This document shows positions 9,616 to 21,467 of a DNA stretch of 47,501 nt, piece after piece; position 1 is the first letter of the stretch; the number at the start of each line of letters is the position of its first letter. A program made the translations under genes and the position numbers. The notes under the pieces are model-generated. The model did no database searches. It saw only the letters and a list, made by a program, of their open reading frames with translations, and had not been told where the DNA came from. Location: positions 1-47,501 of the forward strand of contig BAAIJX010000096.1 in assembly GCA_054600435.1 (NCBI GenBank), written 5' to 3'. Source of the stretch: Neophaeotheca triangularis. Lineage: Eukaryota.

Positions 9616-9871
9616 GGATGTTCTGGCCCGTTGAGTGTAGGAAATGTCAAAGGTACCATGTCCATTTTCTGTTTTGCTATCGAGCAGTCGTCTTTGCCTT
9701 CCACAACATGCTTGAAGCTCAAAAAGGGCTGCATGCTTTTGCCTCGGAATGTTGACCTCACTGAGAGCCGACTATACCGTCTACACAAGATACGCCCACC
9801 AAATGCTGCCATCGACTGAAAAAGCAACTCAGGCAACCACTTCCCGGTCAAACAAGCCGCGAGACACCCAT

Positions 9872-11008
9872 TCATCGCTCAGAAGGCTTCTCAGTAGGCC
9901 CCTCCGATTCCTCTGGCCCAGGCTCAAAGTCAGACAAGACGACCTCCGAATTACGACCCAAGTCCATACTACGCCTCTTCTTCAAGGCCCACGGCTCCGG
10001 GTTCAGCGTCAGCGCCTGAACGTACACTTCTACGACGCTCCCACCTGACTTCCCCTCCCGTTGGGCTCGCTGCACGTTACTCGAAAGAGATTTGCTCTTT
10101 TCGCCTCATGGTAGTAAAGACAGCCGCAAAACCTCTGCGCGGTCGAGGGCAGATTGATGGAGGGTGAAGGCGCTGTCGAGGAAGGTTTGGGCTCTTTGTA
10201 CAGCGCTCACGGGAGTGGTCTGCGTGTAGACTGCGTAGATGGCCTGATTGCGGAGGCGGGCAGTGGGGTAGTTTGATGAGTCGAGGAAACGCGGTGACGC
10301 TCGCGTTGACCGTACAGATGGGAGGAGGATTTTGGATGCCGGGGGAATTGCTGGTGATTGAGACGCGGGCGCAAAGTTTTGCATCGACGATTTATGCGGC
10401 TTTTCCATCCCCTCATGCGTAGACTTTGATGAGCTGGCCGCAATGGGAGAGACGGGCACGGGCTTCACAAGGCTTTCCTCCACCAATGTTGAGCGCTCCG
10501 TCACCTCTTGCTGCTCTACCGCGCCACCCAGATAGCCATTTCCGCCGGAGACCGATTCTAGGATAGTGATGTCTGTGGATTCACTGTCCTCGTCACGCTT
10601 CTCTCCAACATAATCCGCACCTTCGCCTCGCTCGCTCCCGCCTGCCTTCTTTTTCAAGAACTTCAGCAATTCGCTAAACTCATCACCTTGAAACCTCTCC
10701 TCCAGAAGCCCCTGATGTTGAAGTTGGCCGGCATACTCGCTGCCTCCGCGATCGACCCCATGCTCACGCTCAGAAATCCTGCTACCGTGGGCGGCATTGC
10801 CAAAGCCATGTCCGAGTAGTCGTTCTGCGATGCTTAGCTTGAACGGAATTTGATACTGTGGACACCTTTGGTTTGTCGGTGGGCCAGGAGGGTTTCGAGT
10901 AGAAGTTGGGACCCCAGTAGTTGAATCGGATTCGGATGATCTGCTCATTGTCGTAACTTTGCCGCTTTTCTCCGGACTGGAATGCACGTGCTTTCTGACG
11001 TTGGTCAT
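9872..11008 (-). CDS. Hypothetical low-complexity protein; ORF 11008-10106, possibly spliced (intron ~10131-10070) to a last exon ending at 9872
   Basis: 300-aa ORF; a phase-0 join GAG|GTTTTG...GTAAC.GTGCAG|CGA links it to ORF 9872-10075, but the donor is weak. Confidence 0.45.
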
Positions 11009-11293
11009 TTGAATGTTAGGTAGCCCAGAGTGCCGAGGAAGATAAGAGCTTGTAGCAAGGGCCTCGTTTTGTAGGGAAAACTGGACACGGGCTTAATTGA
11101 CTCGACAGCTCGTGTTCCACTGTTCTAGGGAGTCAATGACAACCATGAGTATGCTCGCTAATGTAGTGACTTGCTAGGCTTTCTGCTTGCTACGAGTCGT
11201 TTTCAAGTTCGGGTGGAAAGAACACACCGAAATGTATAGCCCGTCAAAACGGCCTAACTACAGTTGATACGAGCAAGTTCCAGTCAGAGCTCG

Positions 11294-12172
11294 CTAAGAC
11301 GGAAGATTGTTTCGTGCCCACGTAGCCATCGTAGTACCACGACGCCCGAGTACAGTTTGCATATCGGCGTGAACCTTGTTTTGTGCTTCCATAGTTCCTT
11401 CGAGGGTGAGTTTTGCTGTGATTACAGCACTCGCCATGTAGGCACGAACCTGAACCGATAGAATCTTGGAAAACATGTCTTCCATGGCAGCTGGGCCCAT
11501 AGCCAAGCACTTGACCGGCCGTGCCGCTTCGACACTCAAGATTTTCGCGACCTCATTACCTGTTAGAGCCTCAATGCTCAGGAAGTAGTTATTGCCCCCA
11601 TGCTTCTCCGGTCCTTCGCGCAGCACAGCAGCTGCAACAGCGGCGATGTCTGCGGCAAAAACCTAACCCTGTTTGGCATCGCATCCGAAGGTGTAGAAAG
11701 AACCGCTCTCTAGTGGAGGCGTTTCCGTCGCGAGGATGGAGTCGGCGATGACATTGGGATGCAGATGGGTCCAAGAAACGCCGCTGGCCTCGATGTACGA
11801 CTCCACCAAATCATGCCAAGTGAAGTGCGGAATCGCATCGCGTCGCGAGGTGAAAACGCCCAGATGGACAATGTGGCTGACACCCGCATCGACCGCAGCG
11901 TCGACGAGCTTTTTGCTTTGGTATAGCATGTCAGACGTGTAACCTGTCAGGAGGAAGACCCTGTCCACGTCTGCTAGGGCTTTGTCGAAGCCTTCGGGTC
12001 GGTCAAGGTCAAGGACCACGGCCTCGCGACCTTGGCTCCTCCACGCATCGGCTTGTTCAGGACGACTTGTTGCTAGCCGGACATGGACACTCTCGCTTTT
12101 CGTATCAAACGCGTTGACTACCAAAGAGCCAATGCGTCCTGAGGCACCAATGATCAAGATTTTGGCTACCAT
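11294..12172 (-). pseudogene. NmrA-like atypical SDR with a single in-frame TAG at 11663-11665
   Basis: GASGRIGS Rossmann motif and VSWTHLHPN; reading continues in the same frame KQG*VFAADIAAVAAAVLREGPEKH to the stop at 11294 (293 codons in total). Confidence 0.85.
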
Positions 12173-12570
12173 ACTGATGCACAGAGAGATTGCAAGCTGG
12201 CCGGGAAGTTTTGACGTAGTGTGAGCAACAGTGGCGGTAAAATGTGTAAAAATGGGAGCGTCTGGAATACGTTGTGATGTTGTCCTAACAAGACACAGTA
12301 GACGTAGGAAGGTATATATGTTAACGCTGGCGTTCCTATCGCCGACAGCTTACAAACCATCTAGAGGCGTGGGTACCCAAGTTGTACTTAACTTAGCTTG
12401 GGTACCTTACCTTACCTAATTAGCTTTTCCAACTCGTCATGACCTTCCGGGTTGGAAGCGTTCCAGCATAAAAGTCCTTACTACCACGGGGGGATAACTT
12501 GTTATGCTCGAACGGGTACCGTGTCGTGCCGAAGGTAGTGGGGTGCAAGAGTTACGGGTAGACTGGAAAC

Positions 12571-12600
12571 TCATTCATTCATTCATTCATTCATTCATTC
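12571..12600. repeat. (TCAT)n microsatellite
   Basis: About 7.5 perfect units. Confidence 0.95.
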
Positions 12601-13212
12601 AAGCCGTATAGCTGAATCCACGAACCGTCGTTGTTTGCTGGGCGAGATTGGCTATGGAGTAGTCGATCGATCGCAGAGCTTAGGGGCGACAAGCAAAGAT
12701 GGAAACAAGGCAACTTGAGCTCATCTGTAGATGAAAGCCAAAGTTCTTCGCCAGGAGACTGTGACACGGTGACGAAGGGAGGGCTAGGGAGTGGATCGAT
12801 CAAGTCCTTATTCTTAGTTTCGCTAATGATGCCGAAGATTCCGAACGGCTTAGGCTGCTCCATGCACATTGACGAGGCATCTCACGTTGCCGTTTGGAGC
12901 GAGTTTTGAAGCCTTTAGATGCTGCACGTTGGAGTTTTCTGTAGGGTTTTGGTTGTGGGATGGTGGTTGGCCCATCTTGTCAGCTAGTATGTCCCGGCTT
13001 GGGTAGCTAGTGTTGTGCCGGGTTTCAATGGGTTGTCTACATCAGGGGCTGGTGGCAACAGTCGGGGCTAGAAGAGTATCTTTGAAACAGGCACCATCCT
13101 GTACGTGTAAATTCGAAAAGGCTACTTCTTCCCCTTTCCGGGTACTCTGTTCACAAGGAGGCGATCAAATGCCACACCACCTGAATACTACGCCCTCTCA
13201 CAAGATTATGCC

Positions 13213-16200
13213 TCAACCATCCCAGATCAAAATAATCTTCTCCCCAGCCTTGACAGTCTCCCCAGGTGTTACAAGAATCTTCTCAACCTTCGCCGTACCC
13301 TTCAGCCCCTTGGGCAAATCAACATTAATCTCCAACTTCATAGCCTCAAGAACCGCTAGGGTCTGTCCTGCTTTCACATCCTGCCCAGCCTCCACCAAAA
13401 TCTTCCACACATTAGCATCAACGGGTGCCGAAACGGGCTGGATACCAGGATCACCCAGCAGAGCCTCCACCGTGCCTTCGTCTACTCTACTCCGCGCCTT
13501 TTCCTCGCGCCACTGAGCCAGACTCGCCTTCTCGGCCTCTATCATCTCCGCCTGCGCTGTCCGCTGCCGGCCGCGGATCTCGCGCACTTCGTCGGCCACT
13601 TGCTCCAAGAAGCGATTGTGCTCCGCCATGTCGAACTCGGTCTCTTCGAAATCGAAATCGTAAACGCCGGCGTCGAAGAGTGCGAGCTTCGCCTTGAACT
13701 CTTCTTCCGAAACTTCGTAGAATTGCAACAGATCGAAGTCGTTGAAGAGCCAGGGCTGCTCAGGCGAGAAGTGACGCCGGTACCCGAGATAGTCGAAACA
13801 GGGGATCGTGCGGGCGAGGTACATGTAGCCGCCGGGAGAGTCTGTCGGGTAGATGCTCGCGCAGCTGCCGCCCCAGCCTAGGGTCCCGGCGGGCGTGAAG
13901 ACGCGGCTCGGGTTGGCTTTGGCGCATTGCATGCGGTTTCGCGGGTCGACGGGGAGGCTGACAGTGTTGCCGCAGAAGAAGCCGACGACCATGGCCATGA
14001 GGGGCGAGCTGAGTAGGTTCTGCTTCAGTTGGGAGGTCGTGAAGGCGTTGTTTTTGGCTACGTAGTCAATGTTGGAAGGCAGGTAGGGGGCGTGTGGGCG
14101 TTGGGTCTCCATGTAGCGGCGTGTGGCTTCATCTTGTTCTTTCGACTCAAAGGTTAGGGGGAGACGGTAGCGGCGGGTCGGCACTTTGATCTGGCTGAGA
14201 TCGCCAACTTGCGTTTCGAGTTTCTGCAGGTGGGCTATCAAGTCAGTTCGCGAGACTTTGAGGCCGTTGTAGAAGAGCATCAGGGTTGTGCCGCAGGAGA
14301 CGGTGTTGATGAGGTTGTTCTTCAGCCAGGCAGGAGTTGTGTAGGAGTGCAGGGCGTCATCGATCTTGCGGACACGGCATTTGTGATTGATGTCGAATTG
14401 TTCATTGCCGTACTCGATCATGATTGAGTTGTCTCCGCTTTGTCTGTATCGCGTGCGAGGCAGAGTGCCTTTTGCGGGTTTGTCGTACAGTATTGCGGGC
14501 TCATAGCTAGTGGATGGTGAAATGCTTTCCAGTCCGGCGACGCCTTCGAAGCTGCTCTGCTCGATTCCTCGCTGTAATCTGGCCAGATAACTGTCTACCT
14601 TCCGTCTGAGACCCAAAGCATCGTCCAGTGAAACACGTTTCAGTCGCAGCGTATCGCCAGCTCTGAGTTGCCCCATTTTCCAAAAGTTACCTTCAACCAC
14701 CGTAGCGCCGGAAACAAAGCCCCCGAAGTTGGGAGCGTCGTTGGCGAAGAGACAAGGGTCATCGCCCGTGAAGTTCAAAGCGCCCACTGGCATTGGTTAG
14801 CTGAAAGTACTTTTCCGCTCCAGCGGTTGAGACAACTTACAGCTATATGGCACTTCCACAAGGTTCGACGGATGGGCGCCTCCTTCACCCCCGTCCGAGC
14901 GAGCCCACTGCGGTACAGGCCCAATAAGCCGTATGGCAGACCGACTAGCGTTATGGGAGATCTTCCACTCAGTGTTGTACAGCATTTCGACGTCCTCCGA
15001 CGTGAAGTGACCTTCTTGATGCGGCCCTGGCATCGCGAACAGCTCCCAATTGTTGGTGTATTGTGGTCTCAAATTGTCCGGCACGGAGGGATGTCCTGAC
15101 AGGCGCTCTGGTATTGACTTGACTATTGCCAGCAGATCGCCAGGCGCCAGAGCTCGGCCTTGATAACCACCAATGCCGACGATTGAGCTTGTGGACTTGC
15201 TATCGAAGTAATCTGCTACAGAGGGAAAGCCACCGTAGACGGCAAGATAGCTTCGGCACCCTCCACCGGTTGTCTTGCCAATCCTGAGGGTTTGACCTCG
15301 TTTGATGTGTTTTCTCGACCACATTGGGAATTGGTCGCCGTCGAGTGTGGCTTCCATAGGTGCACCCGTCAGAGCGATTACCGCTGGCCCAAGGAAGCGC
15401 AGCTCGGGTCCGTTCAAAGTAATCTCCAGTCCAGCTGTGCCGCGGTCGTTGCCAACGAGCATGTTGGCGATACCAAGTGCGACGGGATCCATTGCACCGG
15501 CATGAGGGATACCTTTGCCGACTGCAGGCCGGCCTGGGAGGTCCTGAACCAAAGTTTGGGCGCCTGGTGAGATTACGTCGATAGCATGCGGAACAAAGTC
15601 GAAGTCGTTCAAGAAGCTCGTCAGAGTATGGCCAGATTGGTATCTTTCATCAGTTACGATGGCGGCGAGAAAATCGAGGTTTGTTGGTGGCCCGCATATT
15701 CTTGACCGGGTCAAAAGGAGATCCATCCCTTTGATTGCCGCTGTCCTGGTTTTGGCATGATTGATGACCTTGGCGATGAGCGGGTCGAAGAAGGGAGAGA
15801 TGGTGGACCCGGTGAAGACCCAGGTGTCGATGCGACTTCCGCCGGGCAGCTCATGCCACTCCACCTCTTGCAGTAAGCCAGGGCTGGGAGCGTAGTCGCG
15901 GTGGGGGACTTCTGCGTAGACTCTCGCTTCTATGGCAACACCAGTAGGACCACCCTTTGGCTGCAGTGCTTTCAGCTCCCCTTCTGACAGTCCACCGTTC
16001 CCGCTCAGCTGTGCATCGGCTTGCCTCATCATCAATTCTACGAGGTCGACATCATAGCAAAGTTCCGTGACGGGGTGTTCGACCTGAAGACGAGTATTCA
16101 TCTCGAGGAAGAAGAAGTCGCCACTCGCATCGTCAACGAGATACTCAACCGTGCCAGCAGATGCGTACTTAATCGACTCGGCCAGGCTGACAGCTGCCGA

Positions 16201-17078
16201 GCCCAAACGCTCTCTCAATTCCGGGCGTTTCTGGACAAAAGGGCTCGGACACTCTTCGATGACCTTTTGATGGCGGCGCTGAATCGAACATTCTCGCTCA
16301 CCAAAGTGTATGGCTTGTCCTTGACCGTTACCGAAGACTTGGACTTCGATATGATGGCTTGCAGGATAGTACTTCTCAATGAACATGCCAGCATTCTTGA
16401 ACAGCGTTTCGCCTCGAGAGCGGACTGTCTTGAATCCAGCTCGAACCTCGTCGGCGTCTTTGCAGGTCACCAAGCCCATGCCGCCACCACCACCTGTCGC
16501 TTTGAGCATGATGGGATAGCCCAGCTTCTCGCTTTCAGCCAATGCATCGCCTTCCGATTCCACCAGGCCTTTCGTGCCGGGGACGATGGGCACGCCAGCT
16601 TTCTCAGCGAGCTCTCTCGCAACGTGCTTGATGCCAAAGGCATCGATAGCGTCGGGAGATGGGCCAACCCATGCGAGACCAGCTTCTTGCACAGACTTTG
16701 CAAAGGCTGCATTTTCGGATAGGAAGCCATAGCCGGGGATTATGGCGTCGGCCTTTTGCGATTTTGCAATGTCGATGATGGCCTCGCCATCGGTATAGGC
16801 GGTGCTGTTAGATCCCGGGAGAAGAACAGCGACATCTGCTTGGGAGACATGGAGCGAGGCAGCATCTGCGGTGGCGTAGATTGAGACGGTCCTGATGCCT
16901 AGTTCCTTTGCTGTTCTGATGATGCGGACCTAGCTGGAATGTCAGCTTGAACGTCTTTTCCACTCGGAGACCATAGAGGGAGGAGTATGTAGGTAGATGA
17001 TGTCTGGACTCTCCAGCCGCACAGACTCACCGCAATCTCGCCTCTGTTTGCAACGAGAAGTGTTTTGATGCTCTCCAT
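13213..17078 (-). CDS. lamA: Urea-carboxylase-like biotin enzyme, LamA (biotin carboxylase + AHS2/PxpC-like + AHS1/PxpB-like + biotinyl domain), ~1236 aa; exons 17078-17031, 16929-14841, 14786-13213
   Basis: LLVANRGEIA, PGYGFLSEN, LKATGGGGGMG, ERECSIQRRHQKVIEE, FLEMNTRLQVEH, QDLPGRP, SPGGY and EAMKL biotin site; both introns are GT-AG with branch sites and restore the frame; divergent from a LamB/YcsF gene as in Aspergillus nidulans. Confidence 0.9.
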
Positions 17079-17472
17079 GTTGGCGACGACTTGGTCTCGA
17101 TTGTCAGGTATCAAAAGAGGAAGAGGAGAATTGGACGGAGGAGCATTTTGTCGCCTTTTACATGTTTTCTGGCTGAGCGGAGATCAGCTTCCATTCGCCC
17201 CCGTCGATGAAGCTATCAATGAGGGGTCGTCTGATGAACATGGATGTCGGATGTCCCGACCAGCTATGGGGCGCCAACGTCATCTCTAGATAGGCAAAGT
17301 TAGGTAGCAGTTGATGGTGAATCGTAGAAGAGCATCATTCTTCCCTACCATTCCCCACTGCAAAACGACCAACAATCTTTCCGGAATACTGTGTCGTTCT
17401 GTTGTCGAACAAGAGCCCAAACGCAAGCCGTCCATCTTCTACTCCAGACTCCAACACATCAAAATAACCACA
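17079..17472. promoter_or_regulatory. Bidirectional lamA-lamB promoter (394 bp)
   Basis: Lies between divergent ATGs; GATA/TATC cores near 17109, 17214 and 17289 and several CGG/CCG triplets (possible AreA and Zn2Cys6 sites; inference). Confidence 0.6.
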
Positions 17473-18695
17473 ATGGCCCCGGTCAAGAACAAAGTCCTAA
17501 TCAATGTCGTCCGTATCCATTACTTCCCATCAAATCAAACCCTCGACTAACCCTCCACAGGATCTCGGCGAAGGCTTCGGAAACTTCAGCTGCGGACCTG
17601 ACGACGACCTAATCCCCCTCGTCGACTACGCGAATGTGGCTTGTGGGGGCCATGCTGGAGATCCCATGATCATGTCCAACACTGTGCGGAAATGTAAGGA
17701 GCATGGCGTGAGAGTCGGAGCTCATCCTGGGTTGCCTGATTTACAGGGGTTCGGGCGGAGGGAGATGAAGATGTAAGTTCTGATTTCTAGTTAGAGAAAG
17801 AAGGCCAAAGCGATAAAAGGCGATTGTCAATTCGATTCAAGGCTGGCTTCGAGACTTTCTAAGCTGATCTGCTCCTTCGTCTAGGCAGCCCGAAGAGCTC
17901 ACAGCCCTCGTCCGCTACCAAGTCGGCGCTCTCACAGCCTTCCTTCGAGCAGAAGGCATGGAGCTCTCGCACATCAAAGCTCACGGTTCGCTCTACGTAC
18001 GGCCCACCTCTATCGATTCCTGCCATCTTGTTTCATTGTCCTTGCACCCTAGGCTTCTCCGACTGGCACCTCAACACCAACCCCACCCCCCTCCCTATAC
18101 CTCGCACTACCAAACAACACCCTGGCCCTTAAACCGCAATTGCTAACCTCCAAGCCACCCAAACCCGTGAATCAAACCCCTAACCCTCACTCTCACGCAG
18201 GGCATGACCTACCGCGACGAAACAGCATGCCGCGCCGTGCTGGCGGGCGTCCAAACCTTCAAAGTCCCCATCTTCGGGCTCGCCGGCACGATGCAAGAAC
18301 GCCTCGCGAGCGAAATGGGCGTCCCTTTCGTCGCCGAACTGTACGGGGACGTCAAGTACAATGAGGAAGGGACGTTGGTGATTGATCGGGTTAAGAAGTA
18401 CGTACTCGCTACCTCCTATCAACCACTTCGCGGCTTCCACAGCTTGTTGGCAAGTGGAGGCCTCGGTGCTGACGTGTATCTGTATGGCAGGCCTTGGACT
18501 GAAGATGATGTGAAAGCGCATATACGATCCCAACTCCACGACTCGGCTGTCCGGGCTGTCAGTGGCAAGGTTATAGATTTGCCTATAGGTGATCATCCGG
18601 TTTCGCTATGTTGTCATTCGGATTCGCCTGGGGCATTGGAGATTGTCAGGACGGCGAAGGGATTGGTTGATGAGTTTAATCAGGGAAGAGGGTAA
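17473..18695 (+). CDS. lamB: LamB/YcsF (5-oxoprolinase subunit PxpA family) protein, 253 aa; exons 17473-17508, 17561-17772, 17885-17996, 18201-18397, 18491-18695
   Basis: [52 protein letters not shown] and [10 protein letters not shown]; four GT-AG introns give a continuous frame. Confidence 0.92.
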
Positions 18696-20138
18696 TGGGG
18701 AAGAGGGCGTCTTAGGGAGCGGTCTTAGAGATTGGGCCGGCTGGGGTTGAAAGTGAAGGAGATGGCGGTGTGGATTGGAGCGGGACAGGGACGGAACTAG
18801 GTTGAATAGGGGCTCGAGGGTATTAAGCCTTGTGAGTTGGTTGGAGCTTCGCAAGGGAGTGTAGGTTCGACCTCAGCCCCAGTGGGGTCAGTATGATTCC
18901 AATGGAGAGTGGTGACACCTCTTTGACCAAGACGGGGGTGCATCATTCCAAAGGCCACACGTATCCCTTCATCTAAACTCCCATCCCATGCTGCCATTCC
19001 ATAGCTCGTAGACTAGCCGAGGCCATCCATCTCCCGCCCCTTCACCAGGCGTCAGACCCTCTTCTGTTGATCCCAAGACTCAGCACCCATACTTCCCACC
19101 AACCGCCAACGCCCCCAAGCACTAGCAGCAAAACCTCGACCCCCGACTCAAATGCTCTGCTAAGCCAAAGCAGCGTTTGTTGCTCGATTATGGTAGGACA
19201 GAGACGACCAAGAAGGGAAGCTCATGATGAACACAAAGCAAGCCCATTCCCCAGCCGACTACACTCTTCCCTTCACGCCGAAGCAGCTGACTAGCAAAGC
19301 ACGAAATGGCCCTGGCGTCCAATCGATTCTCACCCAGCATCACTGCTCATCCAGCCGTTGCATCTACGCCCACGCCCATGCCACACGCCAACTTGCCCGG
19401 AGACTCAATTCAGGATTTGTACTCCCCATCGAGCGCGCTCTTCCAGTTGCCATAGACGCAACTTCCCAATGTGGCTCACTCCCAAAGCGCAGACCACGAA
19501 GCTACCTATACCCACGCAAATCACGATTCCAAAAGTCGTGAATGATCATGAGTCCGGCTCTCACAGCCCAGAAAGTAGCCATGTACCTCACTCACTCACT
19601 CACTCGCTAACTCGCGAACTGACTCACCCACACACCCACACATCCAACAGCTTGCTTCAACTTCAGCAGCAAATCGGGCTAGAACTACGAAAAAATGCTC
19701 TTGTCGAATGGCTTCTTCGAACAATGGCTGGCCGATGGTAAGATGAAAAGTCTTGTTTGGATCGCAACGTATAAAATCGTGTCATGTCATGTCGTATCGT
19801 AGCATACCGTTTCTTGGCCTGGTGGTCATCGAGAGCTCGTCATTCACGGCGGGACGGCGACAGGGAGCTTTCGTGTTGCAGATACTCCGTCTGATCTTCT
19901 GCTCGCTGTCCGCTGTCCTCTGCTCTTTGTCCATTGCTCTGTACCTTTCGCCGGGACCGCCGAAAACTCTTCCTGATTTTCCCCGAAGTTGGCCAGCTCC
20001 TCAATCAGAAGTCCGCGGTAACCCTCCTCTAGCCTCTCACCCATCACAGCGCAGACACAGCAGCAGCACCTTTCCAGTTCGGTGCTCAACCTCCACAATT
20101 CCAAGAAAGATACGCGCCAGCAAACTTCCTATCATCTT

Positions 20139-21467
20139 TCAACCCGGCGCATCCTCCATTACGCGGTCCCGATCCGCCACACCGCCTGCACTCCCACCAA
20201 CATTCCCATCAATCCTCCCACTGACCACCCCTTCACTATCCCCACCAGCACTGCTCCCCGCACTGCCCTCACTCGCCGCATCCCCATCGCCTTCAAGCTT
20301 GAACCCCTCACTCCTCTCAACAAGACTAACGTAATAATCCTCCAACAACTCAGGCTTAGGCACAATCTTCCACTCGACACGCTGCAGAAACTCCAACTCC
20401 AGCGTCGCCAACTCAGCAACAGGTATACCCCCAATGCGCGCGTAAGTGGGGTTCGTCCAGAACGAGTCGCTCAAGCCTTTAGCCGCGACGGTGGCAGCGG
20501 TGATTAGGAAGCGATGCACCGTGAGCGAGTTGATGGTGAAAGCGGGGTATAGGGCGCACAAGCGGTCTATGTAGTAGACAATGCTCAGAAGGATGGGGGG
20601 CGAGAGGGTGGCGTGTTTGATGAGGCGCTGGAGGTAGTCGGCGACGCTTATGGCGGGCGGAGCGCGGGAGTGGAAGCGGGTCAGGCGGCCGTCGCGGAGG
20701 GGGATTTTGTCGTTCAGCCGAATTAGCTCGAGGAGCATGCTGGCAATTAGTGTGCCTAGGGTGTTGGCGCTGCTAGTGCTGTAGTCGGTGGGCATGAGGG
20801 TTGGTGGGGTGCTTGTTGGGGAGGGTCGGGGGCGCTTGGGGGTCGTGGTCGCGCTGATCGTGGTGCGGGCTTCTTGGGGAGAGGCAGAGCCATGGCTGGT
20901 GGGTTGGGTGGTCGATGTGGTTCTGTCGGGGTCGGTGCGTGGGTCGGGCTCTTCGGGGACTTGCGCTGAGGAGGAGGGGGTTGCGTGCTGCGCGCGGTTA
21001 TCTGCCGGGATTGCGCCGCTCATTTGAATGTCCGAATCTTGCGCGCTGGAACTGACGTCCTTGCGCTTCTTTGTCGGGGCGGTTGGCTGTCCTACTGCTG
21101 CGGCGTGGCTTGTTAGTTTTGCGCCGGCAGTAGGAGGGAAGCCTTCCGGGCTGTATTGTGTGCCAACATCTACGGTGTTGCGCCCTCCTGCTCCCGTCGG
21201 CTCGCGACCGAGTGGGTGGTTCTTCGGCTCTTGCGCTGCGGGGACCGCGACTGGTATAGGCGCATTTAGTGGCGGAGCCTTGAATTTGTTGTTACTACTA
21301 TTACTGTATTGAGGGGCGGGCCTGGGACTGTTGGTAGCGGCAGTGCTTAGACGTCGGGGTGAGGAGCGAGAGGAGGATATGTAAGGCGAGCGGCTGGTGG
21401 CGGTGGATGCAGGAAACGGGTTGCGCGGCGAGGCGGCGGGAGAGGGCGAAGAGGTCAAGGTTGACAT
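20139..21467 (-). CDS. preg: Pho80-family cyclin (PREG-like negative regulator of the phosphate regulon)
   Basis: LTRFHSRAPPAISVADYLQRL, LLSIVYYIDRL and LTVHRFLITAATVAAKGLSDSFWTN..YARIGG after a long disordered N-terminus. Confidence 0.9.
   Translation of the reverse strand: MSTLTSSPSPAASPRNPFPASTATSRSPYISSSRSSPRRLSTAATNSPRPAPQYSNSSNNKFKAPPLNAPIPVAVPAAQEPKNHPLGREPTGAGGRNTVDVGTQYSPEGFPPTAGAKLTSHAAAVGQPTAPTKKRKDVSSSAQDSDIQMSGAIPADNRAQHATPSSSAQVPEEPDPRTDPDRTTSTTQPTSHGSASPQEARTTISATTTPKRPRPSPTSTPPTLMPTDYSTSSANTLGTLIASMLLELIRLNDKIPLRDGRLTRFHSRAPPAISVADYLQRLIKHATLSPPILLSIVYYIDRLCALYPAFTINSLTVHRFLITAATVAAKGLSDSFWTNPTYARIGGIPVAELATLELEFLQRVEWKIVPKPELLEDYYVSLVERSEGFKLEGDGDAASEGSAGSSAGGDSEGVVSGRIDGNVGGSAGGVADRDRVMEDAPG

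Noticed and set aside
13330..13350. Biotin attachment motif AMKL instead of AMKM
   Set aside because: The Lys is retained and the change is conservative; no reason to infer loss of function.
14787..14840. Apparent split or frameshift of the urea-carboxylase-like gene into two ORFs
   Set aside because: Explained by a canonical 54-nt intron (GTAAGT..CTAAC..CAG).
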